A stretch of 64,000 bases of DNA from Clostridia bacterium (GTDB lineage: Bacteria > Bacillota > Clostridia > Oscillospirales > CAG-272). The translations under genes and the position numbers were made by a program. The notes beneath the pieces are model-generated. The model searched no databases and was not told where the DNA came from. It worked only from the letters and a program-made list of their open reading frames with translations. Below, in pieces: positions 50,801 through 58,145 of this stretch (its first letter is position 1; each line of letters begins with the position of its first letter). The stretch lies in NCBI GenBank assembly GCA_017454525.1, contig JAFTCT010000034.1, positions 7,237 through 71,236 on the forward strand. The letters run 5' to 3'.

Positions 50801-53800
50801 ATCGATTCCGTGAACAACGCCTACCGCTTCTTCAGAGAAGCCGGCGTTACGACCGTTTTCCAGACCGGAGACTACAGCTGCTATCAGGACGAGGTCGCCT
50901 ATCAGCGTTACGCCGAGGGCGTCGCCGCTTCGGGACTGACCGTTCTGGCGGCAGGCGGCAATCACGAGGTCAACGGCACCTTTGAAAAGATGTTCGGCGA
51001 AAACGGGCTTTGGTTCAGATACGTCAATCTCGGCGTGTATAACGGACAGAATGAAAACGTTATCGAGATCGCACCGGACGGTTTTAACTTTGTTTACCGG
51101 TATCCCGCGGCAGACGACGTCTTCGTGTTCGTTTCACAGGAGAAATGGGACGGAAGGAAGGAGACTCAGGGGTATCTGATCTCGCCCGGGGCGGTGTCGT
51201 GGCTCGAGGGCGTTCTCGAGCGGTACCGGGACAAGACCGTGCATCTGATGCTGCACACCTTCTTTGCCGACGACGACGGTGAAAACGTCGACGGCGAGGG
51301 CGATTTCACGAACAGCGTCGGCTACGGTTACCACTACAATTACAACGTACATACCGAGGATTACAGAGCGCTTCGGGCGCTGCTTGCAAAATACAGAAAC
51401 GTGATCTGGTTCAACGGGCATTCGCACTGGACGTACGCCATGCAGCAGCTGAACGTGAATCTCAACGTTTTCGACTACAACGGTACCTTTGCGACCTGCG
51501 TGCACGTTCCTTCCGTCACCGCGCCGAGAACGGTCGGCGATACCGGGACCGCGTACTCGTCGAACGCGGGCTCAAAATCCGAAGGAACGCTGGCTTTCCG
51601 CGGCGACGGATATGAGATCATCGCCGGCGTCGACTTCATGTCGGGAGAACTGCTCTCCTACGGGTGCTATATCGTTTACGATCAAAGCGACGGCAGCGCA
51701 AGGGTCGAAGGAGAACTCGGCAACGGGACAAATTACGTCTTCGACCGGCAGACCTCGGTGCTCTCGATCACCGGAAACGGCGATATGCCCGACTTTACCG
51801 CTCCCGAAAACGCGCCGTACGCGGCATTTGCCGACGAGGTGAAAAAGGTCTATATTTCAAACGGCGTCACGTCTGTCGGAAGAAACGCGTTTGGCGGCTT
51901 TTCTTCACTTGAAACGGCGGAACTCAAAGGCAGCGTGCTCACCGTCGGCGAAAACGCTTTTGGGGGCGATCACGCGCTTGCAAGTCTGTCCTTTACGGAC
52001 AGCGTGAAGCGCGTCGGATCAAACGCTTTTTCGGGCGTCGGTCCCTCTCTTGCAGTACGCTATGACGGCGCGCTTGAACGCTTTGAAGAAATTGAGATAT
52101 CCGGCGGAAACGACGCGCTTCAAACTGCGACTAAAACGTTTACGAAATACGTGATCACGTTCGTTTTCGGCGATATACGCGATACCCGCGACGTCAGAGC
52201 GGGCGAGATCCCCGTATACGACGGAACGGTCTTCAAGGCGCACGACGATCCCGGAAAATCCTATCTGTTTGCAGGGTGGACGGACGGACTGATCTGCTAT
52301 TCCGACGATCTTCCCGAAGTTTCATCCAACGCGGTTTACTATGCGCTGTTCAACGAAATGGAAGGCGGCACGGCGGAAGGAGACGACCGGTATATCCACT
52401 GGTTCCTTGACAAGGCCTCAGGTCTTCTGACGATCACCGGATACGGTCCGATGACAGACTATGCGGAAGGCGCCGCTCCGTGGTATCCGTACCGCGATTA
52501 CATCAGGAATATCGTTGTGAAAAAGGGCGTGCTGTCTCTTTCCGAAAATGCCTTCAGGGATCTGACGGCGGTTGTTACGGTAACGCTTGAAACGAAACTG
52601 ATCTCGATCGGCGGCTGCGCGATGATGGGGATGACTTCGCTTAAGAGTCTCTATCTGCCCTCCACGTTCGCGTTCGGCGCGAAGCGCATGACCTATCAGT
52701 CGTCTTCCCTTGAGCATATCTACTTTGACGGAAGCGCGGAAGAATACGCGGAAACCGGCTCCGTCGTGCGCCTCTGGGGCAACAACGAGGATTTCGCTCC
52801 CGACGGCGGCAAAATGATCTATCATACCGGCGTTACGCACGAAGAGACCTTCACGGCGATCTTCAGAAACGATGACGGCACGGTGCTCGCCGTTTACGAT
52901 AACGTTGCGTGGGGCACGGGCGTCACGCCTCCCGAAATGCACGACAGGGAGAACGAATACTTCTTGGGGTGGAACGGGAATTACAGATACGTGACGGACG
53001 ATCTTGTGTTGACCGCGGTGTTCTCGACCGAGAAGGATCCCGATCTTGACGTTGAGATCGAGCCGAAGTCCCTTGCCGTGAAACCCTATTACGGCAAGAT
53101 CGAAAACTACGGCGGCGCGACGTATTTCATCACCGGTATCACCGCCGACAGCAACGAAACCCTCTTTTCCCGTCTGAAGAGCGGCGCTATGAAGCTGCGC
53201 GCGACCTTAAAGGACGAGAATACCAAAAGAAGTTATATCGTTGAGGAGTATCATTTTGATACGCCCTCCTACGAGTTTTACGGCACAAGTTTCCTGCGTC
53301 TGAATTTCTGCTCTTACGGCGTCGTGCCCGATCCCGCTCACGCGTATACGGTCGCGCTCGACGTATATTCCGGGAAGAATACGATCTACAGCGGCATATC
53401 GGAGGAAGGCGCGTTTTTGACGACGAACGAGGCGTTTGCGGAAAACGGTGCGATCGTTCCTTCCGCGCCGCCGTACACCTGCACGGTGATCTGTACGACG
53501 CACGAGCGCGCGTCCGGCGACTGCACGACCGAGGGCGAATGCAGATACTGCGGGCAAACGCTTCCCGCGGGCGAACACACGGTCGTGACAGATCCGCGCG
53601 TTGCACCGACGGCGACGAAGACCGGTTTGACGGAAGGCGCGCACTGCGCGGTCTGCGGAAAGATCATCATCCCGCAGGAGATCATTCCCGCAACGGGCGT
53701 TGAAGGCGTGAACGTCGCGCTCTATAAGAAGGTGCTGGGCGTCGGAGCGGGGAAGACCTCGATCACCGACGGTGACACTTCTATTTCCAACTTCTGGGAC

Positions 53801-56800
53801 GGCGGCGTCTATCCCTCCGGCGCGATCATCGACCTTGACGGGTACTATGATCTGTCGGATATCAACGTAGTGACCTATCACGGAGACGGAAGGTATTACT
53901 GTTTCACCGTGGAAACGAGCACAGACGGCAGGAACTGGACGCAGGTCGGCGCTAAGACAGACAATGAAGCCGCTGATGAGAACGGGACGGACATACCCGT
54001 TCAGATCACGGCGCGGTACGTAAAGATCACGATCACAAAAAATTCCGCGAACACCTCCGCGCATCTGGTCGAGGTGTCGGTATACGGCGTTGTCTGTCCT
54101 GACTTTACGCCCGCCGAAGCCGTGACCGTCGACGCTGCGGATCCCGGCAACGTCGCATTCGCCAAACCGACGAGAAGCAACAGCTACGGCAGTATTTCCG
54201 ATTACGTCAACGACGGCAGCGACGCCACCGTATGGGGCGCATACTACTTCCCGTCGTACGTGGATATCGATCTTCTCTCCGAATATGATCTGACTTCGGT
54301 GAAGATCTCCATGCCGGGCGACGGATATACCTATGCCTATACCGTATACGCAAGCACGGACGGGATCAACTTTACCCGTATTGCGAAAACCGACGGACTG
54401 GTCGCGTCGCCCGCGGGCGGCAGATCCTTCATTTTTGAAGATCCCGTCGTATGCCGGATCCTCCGCGTCAACGTTACCGCCTGCGGCGGCGGGACCTACA
54501 AGACCGCAAAGATCGCAGAGATCAGAGCGTACGGTACGCTTCGCACAGAGCTGCCGGAAGCTGTCAGAAGTAAAATGACGTTCAAAACCTACGACGAATG
54601 GATCGAAGAGTATGCCGGCGTCGATCTCTCTGCGATCAGACGCCCCGACGGCGGTTATGATCTCAAGGATACATTTACGGAAGAAGACACTGTAAATGAG
54701 ATCAGGGGGATCGTTGCGCGTCTGCTGGGCGCGGAATATGATTCCTGGTTCACGTTCGACGTTTGCGACAATCCGAACGGGAACGGCAAGGACTTCTTTA
54801 TGATCGAAGACAGCGACGGGAAAGTGAAGATCTCTGGCAGCGACGGAACGTGTATTGCGGCGGGACTGAACTGGTATCTGAAGTATTTCTGCTCTGTCCA
54901 TATCTCGCAGGAAACCGCACAGGTCAGAATGCCGTCCGTTTGTCCTACGGTCGGAGAGCCCGTGATGAAGGAAACCGCCCAGAAGATCCGTTACGCTTAC
55001 AACTACTGTACGCTTTCCTATACCATGGCGTTCTACGGCTACGAAGACTGGAGAAGAGAACTTGACTGGCTGTATCTGAACGGCGTCAATCTGATCCTCG
55101 ATCTTTCGGGCGTCGAGGCGCTCTGGGTCTCCTATCTGCAGAAACTCGGATACTCCGCGGACGAAGCCAAGAACTACGCCTGCGGACCCGGCTACAAAGC
55201 GTGGTGGCTGATGGGCAACCTCGAGAACTTCAACGGTACCGTTTCGGATACCTACGTCGCCGATATGCTTGAAATGGCCCGCCGCAATCAGCGGTCCATG
55301 ACGGTGATGGGCGCGTCGCCCGCACTGCAGGCGTTTGTGGGAACGATGCCCGACAGCTTTGGCTTTGAAGCGAATGAGGCGCTCACTGCTCTCGGTTACG
55401 ATCCCGTTGCGCCCGCTCTTACCGCGCAGGGTCTGTGGCAGGGCTTTGACCGTCCGAACGTACTGCGCACCGATTATAACGGATACTCCTATCTTGCGCA
55501 GTTGTTCTACGAAACGGAAGAGGAACTCTTCGGCGCGGTCACCGATTACTTCTGCGGAGACGTCTGCCACGAGGGCGGAAAGATCCCCGCGGGGCTGACG
55601 AAAGCCGATATGAGCGCCGTGATCCTCGGCGAACTGATGAAATACCGTGAAACCGGCGTGTGGATGCTGCAGAGGTGGCAGTCAAATCCGACGCGGGCGG
55701 AGCTGGACGGCATGAGCGCATACAGGACCACAAACGTGATCGTCATTGATCTGGCGTCCGCGCGCGATACTTCAAAATGGAAAAACACCTCGACTTACGG
55801 CGGAAAAGAGTTCGGTTCGACGAACTGGATCTTCTCCTCGCTTGACAATTTCGGCGGCAGACCGCTGATGCACGGCGCGCTGCAGGCGGTCGTGAACAAC
55901 ATCGCGGACGCAAAGAAGAACGCGTCGTATATGGTCGGTATGGGGATGACGCCCGAGGGCACGGAGAACAATCCCGTCTATTACGATCTGTACTGGGAAA
56001 TGGTCTGGCGTGATGAAGCGCCGGACGTCAGGGAATGGATCGAAGCGTATGCCGCGCGCAGATACGGCGCTGTCAGCGAGAGTATTCTTGCCGGATGGGA
56101 AAAGCTCCTGCTGTCCGTATACGCCTATCCGAATACCAACGGGACTTCGGGCAACTTCATGGTCATCGGAAACAAGCCGCGCTTTGACAGTTACGTGGGC
56201 GGGTATTATGAAGTCCAGTATTCCAACCGTACGCTTCTCGAAGCGCTGGGCGAACTGTTGACCGATTTCGATACGCTTGCAGATAACGAATGCTATATCT
56301 ACGATCTTGTTGAGATCATGCAGACCTATCTTGCCAATAAGGCGCAAAACTATATCTCGACCATGATCGCCATGTCCGGCAATCCGAACTGTTATTCCTA
56401 CGACGAATTTGAGATGCTCTGCGAGCGGTTCCTTGACGTGATCGCGCTTGAAAACGAGATCTCTTCGTATTCGGAAAATCAACTGCTTGGGAAGTGGCTT
56501 GCGCGTTCTGCTGACTTCATGAGCGATGAACGAACGGGCGATTACGACGATTATATGGCGGACACCTTCACGACCAACGGCAAGATGCTGATCTCCTCCT
56601 GGACCTCCTCCGGCGTTCTGATCGACTATGCGAACCGTCTGTACAACGGACTGACGGAGGATTATTATCTGAAATCCTGGTCGGCGTTCCTTGAGAATAT
56701 GAAGACGAGATTCCTTGCGGGACAGTCCTCTTCGACGCAGGTCTATCCGTCTGCGAACTATCTGCTGGACGCGCTGAATTTTGTGCTGAGCGAAAAGGAG

Positions 56801-58069
56801 TATACCTCCACGGTATCCGATCCGCGCGGCGTCGGCGGCGGACGGGGGATCGTGGCGATCTACGGCGACGTCGTGACCGGACACGCGCCGGAATCCTTTG
56901 AGCCGACGGTGAACGAGAACGATGAGTACGCGGCGTTCGGCGGCATTTCTAAGATGTTCACGGCTGTCGAATTCTATTCCGCGACCAATGCGTTCGAGAC
57001 CTGGCCGTTCGCCGACAACGGGACCTGGTGCGCGCGCGCGTCCTTCCACGTGCTCATCCGCGTCAGCGACAGCGGACTCAACTATCTCGCGACGGGTCTC
57101 GGCACGGAGAATTACCCCTATACGTGGAAATTCTACTATCAGGAAGCAAACGCCGCAAACGGAACGGAATGGACCGGTCCGTACACCGGTTTCGTTGAAA
57201 CGAAGTCGAACGCGAGTTTCCTGCGTCATCAGGTCGCGGACTGCCCGGAGGGCGACCTCTGCGCCGATTTCGTCGTAGGTAAGAACTATAATCTGCTGTT
57301 CGACGTATACAAGGGCAGCGAGCACGTCGGCTTCGGCGTTCTCCCCTTTACCTGGACTGCAAAATACGATGCAAGCCATAATCTGTATACCGATTTCTGG
57401 CTCCACCACGACAGGGAAGAGGGATACAGAAGCGGCGACCAGACGGTAACGCAGCGCGACAGTTCTGCGGCTTCGGGGCTTGGCTTCAATGCAAGCGGCA
57501 GCTACGCGGGTACCGCGCATACGCATTCCTTCGGAGAATGGACGGAAACGGGCGCCGGCGGCGATACCGGTATAACGGTTTTTCAGAGAGTCTGCTCTTC
57601 CTGCGGGTATACCGAACAAAAAACGGAACGTCAGGAGCACGTACACACGCCTGTGATCGACGAGTCTTATCCCGCGACGTGTACGGAAGAGGGAAGGACG
57701 GAAGGCGCGCACTGTTCAGAATGCGGCGAGATCATCAAAGCGCAGGAAACGATCCCGCCTCTCGGTCATCTGTGGGACGGCGGCGTCATAACGGTGTCGC
57801 CCACCTTGCAGAGCGAGGGGGTCATGACCTACACCTGTCAGCGATGCGGATCCGTTCACTGCGAGCCGATCCCGGCGATCGAAAGGACGCACGGCGACGT
57901 CGACGGTGACGGCGAACTGTCGATCAATGACGTCACGGCGCTGCTGGATCTTCTCGCGTCGTCGAGGCCTGACGCGCCGGTCGTGCCTTATACCGATATT
58001 GACGGCGACGGCGAACTGTCGATCAACGACGTTACAGCCCTTTTGGATATTCTGTCGGGCGCCGCATAA
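47837..58069 (+). CDS. Giant (~3,410 aa) secreted multimodular protein: 3 discoidin/CBM32-like modules, unknown modules, metallophosphoesterase, BspA-type LRRs and Listeria-Bacteroides repeats, 2 discoidin modules, GH89 alpha-N-acetylglucosaminidase, Cys/His-rich motifs, dockerin
   Basis: It is a single uninterrupted frame. The ATG at 47837 lies 5 nt after GGAGAG and is followed by a signal peptide ('MKRALSFILSVLMIVSLAVPYSLLVHS'). Domain motifs are listed in the sub-features and findings. Confidence 0.85.
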   Translation: MKRALSFILSVLMIVSLAVPYSLLVHSTPVQSGEASSDELFEKAVVSVGKPVTIGAKKTSVPKVTDGITNTNNNYTDSTNYGTVAPRSQAAVSTCYVEIDLGKEYPVSAINTVTYVKGSRVYKWDAYLSTDNSRPIDEWTLAGGKTTDEVSTYDGYTLTFNPVNARYVRVYGTANSDNTSFHWLEVLVYAELCSVSAGKTAAAGSGADAAVVTDKEKTNDGCIDIPWGSSSGNASSAYGVSGNCYVEIDLEEVRLLSEINVVNYLNTGRYYQWEAYGSCDRNAPVSSWRKLCENKSKCVSTAHGVTVSFEPAPVRYLRIYGTYNSANTGYHFVEVTAYSGNKVKANAAGGKTAFLSDGSMSGSLTDSALDVPVSFGAWGSDPGDEASSFGISGGCYAEIDLGSATDIFAIFVQNPDKNYKWAAYSAPDRTLPIAQWNKLGGKEELAANAAHEIGFDVHSARYVRIYGLYNARGGQFHANEIAVYAASKQKTSVFGIEPVGDGFVNLKSKDATNGFALQTVVKILDGDVSAEELKEKLTNGSYSAHLVFTDPYGSPYEISADPHRYDGDDVWYFEPVLKGFVPVKGQYYTLRIDIYNRQGDLCYTASGEPFVCLFNPVYVYDEGLPGAYTAPVSILSYPSGTPAVLSNGAPVLRVSGLHDRYFAESDPEADGFDLSRSVRFFVDGVEYLDPHFVPVGGKSYSDRTAEADMRTLGFAPSAGISHHIEISVYSPSYPSGATVTEERGFLPAASFSSEVTGEIGYSYEIYESEGDVTVSFINGSYLLTATGAHKPGYTFKGWYSDGLLISTEQTYTFPAASGENRLIVGMYVPSSGEQTGVQDPPDDHGAEISNGALPGLTYSFNNDLKGSAAGTVTFEATASGTYSFFWLDAMDRKLSASMNGKIIPYSSIRTAQVSAGGSLSFDLQPYTAIPYGAKKIAVYKGSAMTVSLALPEEKLLAEEYRYAYGLMSDLHYNTFPKYVEGGGETDYAIDSVNNAYRFFREAGVTTVFQTGDYSCYQDEVAYQRYAEGVAASGLTVLAAGGNHEVNGTFEKMFGENGLWFRYVNLGVYNGQNENVIEIAPDGFNFVYRYPAADDVFVFVSQEKWDGRKETQGYLISPGAVSWLEGVLERYRDKTVHLMLHTFFADDDGENVDGEGDFTNSVGYGYHYNYNVHTEDYRALRALLAKYRNVIWFNGHSHWTYAMQQLNVNLNVFDYNGTFATCVHVPSVTAPRTVGDTGTAYSSNAGSKSEGTLAFRGDGYEIIAGVDFMSGELLSYGCYIVYDQSDGSARVEGELGNGTNYVFDRQTSVLSITGNGDMPDFTAPENAPYAAFADEVKKVYISNGVTSVGRNAFGGFSSLETAELKGSVLTVGENAFGGDHALASLSFTDSVKRVGSNAFSGVGPSLAVRYDGALERFEEIEISGGNDALQTATKTFTKYVITFVFGDIRDTRDVRAGEIPVYDGTVFKAHDDPGKSYLFAGWTDGLICYSDDLPEVSSNAVYYALFNEMEGGTAEGDDRYIHWFLDKASGLLTITGYGPMTDYAEGAAPWYPYRDYIRNIVVKKGVLSLSENAFRDLTAVVTVTLETKLISIGGCAMMGMTSLKSLYLPSTFAFGAKRMTYQSSSLEHIYFDGSAEEYAETGSVVRLWGNNEDFAPDGGKMIYHTGVTHEETFTAIFRNDDGTVLAVYDNVAWGTGVTPPEMHDRENEYFLGWNGNYRYVTDDLVLTAVFSTEKDPDLDVEIEPKSLAVKPYYGKIENYGGATYFITGITADSNETLFSRLKSGAMKLRATLKDENTKRSYIVEEYHFDTPSYEFYGTSFLRLNFCSYGVVPDPAHAYTVALDVYSGKNTIYSGISEEGAFLTTNEAFAENGAIVPSAPPYTCTVICTTHERASGDCTTEGECRYCGQTLPAGEHTVVTDPRVAPTATKTGLTEGAHCAVCGKIIIPQEIIPATGVEGVNVALYKKVLGVGAGKTSITDGDTSISNFWDGGVYPSGAIIDLDGYYDLSDINVVTYHGDGRYYCFTVETSTDGRNWTQVGAKTDNEAADENGTDIPVQITARYVKITITKNSANTSAHLVEVSVYGVVCPDFTPAEAVTVDAADPGNVAFAKPTRSNSYGSISDYVNDGSDATVWGAYYFPSYVDIDLLSEYDLTSVKISMPGDGYTYAYTVYASTDGINFTRIAKTDGLVASPAGGRSFIFEDPVVCRILRVNVTACGGGTYKTAKIAEIRAYGTLRTELPEAVRSKMTFKTYDEWIEEYAGVDLSAIRRPDGGYDLKDTFTEEDTVNEIRGIVARLLGAEYDSWFTFDVCDNPNGNGKDFFMIEDSDGKVKISGSDGTCIAAGLNWYLKYFCSVHISQETAQVRMPSVCPTVGEPVMKETAQKIRYAYNYCTLSYTMAFYGYEDWRRELDWLYLNGVNLILDLSGVEALWVSYLQKLGYSADEAKNYACGPGYKAWWLMGNLENFNGTVSDTYVADMLEMARRNQRSMTVMGASPALQAFVGTMPDSFGFEANEALTALGYDPVAPALTAQGLWQGFDRPNVLRTDYNGYSYLAQLFYETEEELFGAVTDYFCGDVCHEGGKIPAGLTKADMSAVILGELMKYRETGVWMLQRWQSNPTRAELDGMSAYRTTNVIVIDLASARDTSKWKNTSTYGGKEFGSTNWIFSSLDNFGGRPLMHGALQAVVNNIADAKKNASYMVGMGMTPEGTENNPVYYDLYWEMVWRDEAPDVREWIEAYAARRYGAVSESILAGWEKLLLSVYAYPNTNGTSGNFMVIGNKPRFDSYVGGYYEVQYSNRTLLEALGELLTDFDTLADNECYIYDLVEIMQTYLANKAQNYISTMIAMSGNPNCYSYDEFEMLCERFLDVIALENEISSYSENQLLGKWLARSADFMSDERTGDYDDYMADTFTTNGKMLISSWTSSGVLIDYANRLYNGLTEDYYLKSWSAFLENMKTRFLAGQSSSTQVYPSANYLLDALNFVLSEKEYTSTVSDPRGVGGGRGIVAIYGDVVTGHAPESFEPTVNENDEYAAFGGISKMFTAVEFYSATNAFETWPFADNGTWCARASFHVLIRVSDSGLNYLATGLGTENYPYTWKFYYQEANAANGTEWTGPYTGFVETKSNASFLRHQVADCPEGDLCADFVVGKNYNLLFDVYKGSEHVGFGVLPFTWTAKYDASHNLYTDFWLHHDREEGYRSGDQTVTQRDSSAASGLGFNASGSYAGTAHTHSFGEWTETGAGGDTGITVFQRVCSSCGYTEQKTERQEHVHTPVIDESYPATCTEEGRTEGAHCSECGEIIKAQETIPPLGHLWDGGVITVSPTLQSEGVMTYTCQRCGSVHCEPIPAIERTHGDVDGDGELSINDVTALLDLLASSRPDAPVVPYTDIDGDGELSINDVTALLDILSGAA
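50700..51540 (+). other. Calcineurin-like metallophosphoesterase domain inside the giant protein
   Basis: The ordered MPE motifs are 'SDLHY' (D-x-H, ~50738), 'TGDYS' (GD), 'GGNHE' (GNHE, 50954-50968), 'LMLHTFF' (H) and 'NGHSHW' (GH-x-H, 51416-51430). Confidence 0.75.
54570..56800 (+). other. GH89 (NAGLU-like) alpha-N-acetylglucosaminidase catalytic region inside the giant protein
   Basis: It has the NAGLU TIM-barrel signature 'YAYNYCT.SYTM.F..YEDW..ELDW..LNG.NL.L' and 'GP.Y.AWW.MGNL'. The two candidate catalytic Glu motifs are 'HEGG' (Glu codon 55571-55573) and 'TPEG..NNPV.Y.L' (Glu codon 55955-55957). A helical C-domain follows. Confidence 0.8.
57893..58066 (+). repeat. Type I-like dockerin (two duplicated Ca-binding segments) at the C-terminus of the giant protein
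   Basis: The protein reads 'GDVDGDGELSINDVTALLDLL' and 'DIDGDGELSINDVTALLDIL', 33 aa apart. The DNA segments 57902-57949 and 58001-58048 are near-identical. Confidence 0.85.
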
Positions 58070-58088
58070 TCGGTCCCGAAACAGAAAA

Positions 58089-58128
58089 AATCGGTGCTGC
58101 CGGATTTTCCGGCGGCACCGATTTGTTT
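58089..58128. terminator. Bidirectional rho-independent terminator
   Basis: A 15-bp hairpin pairs AATCGGTGCTGCCGG (58089-58103) with CCGGCGGCACCGATT (58109-58123). An A-run lies upstream and a T-run downstream. Confidence 0.8.
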
Positions 58129-58145
58129 TTGAAGTCGATTGAAGA

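Noticed and set aside
48098-57712. Very long antisense ORFs inside the giant gene (48098..49471, 53207..55570 and 55772..57712 on the minus strand)
   Set aside because: They run opposite a sense frame with clear domain motifs (discoidin, GH89, MPE). Their translations are Arg/Gly/Asp-rich and low in complexity with no recognisable motifs. This is typical of stop-codon-poor shadow frames in GC-rich coding DNA.
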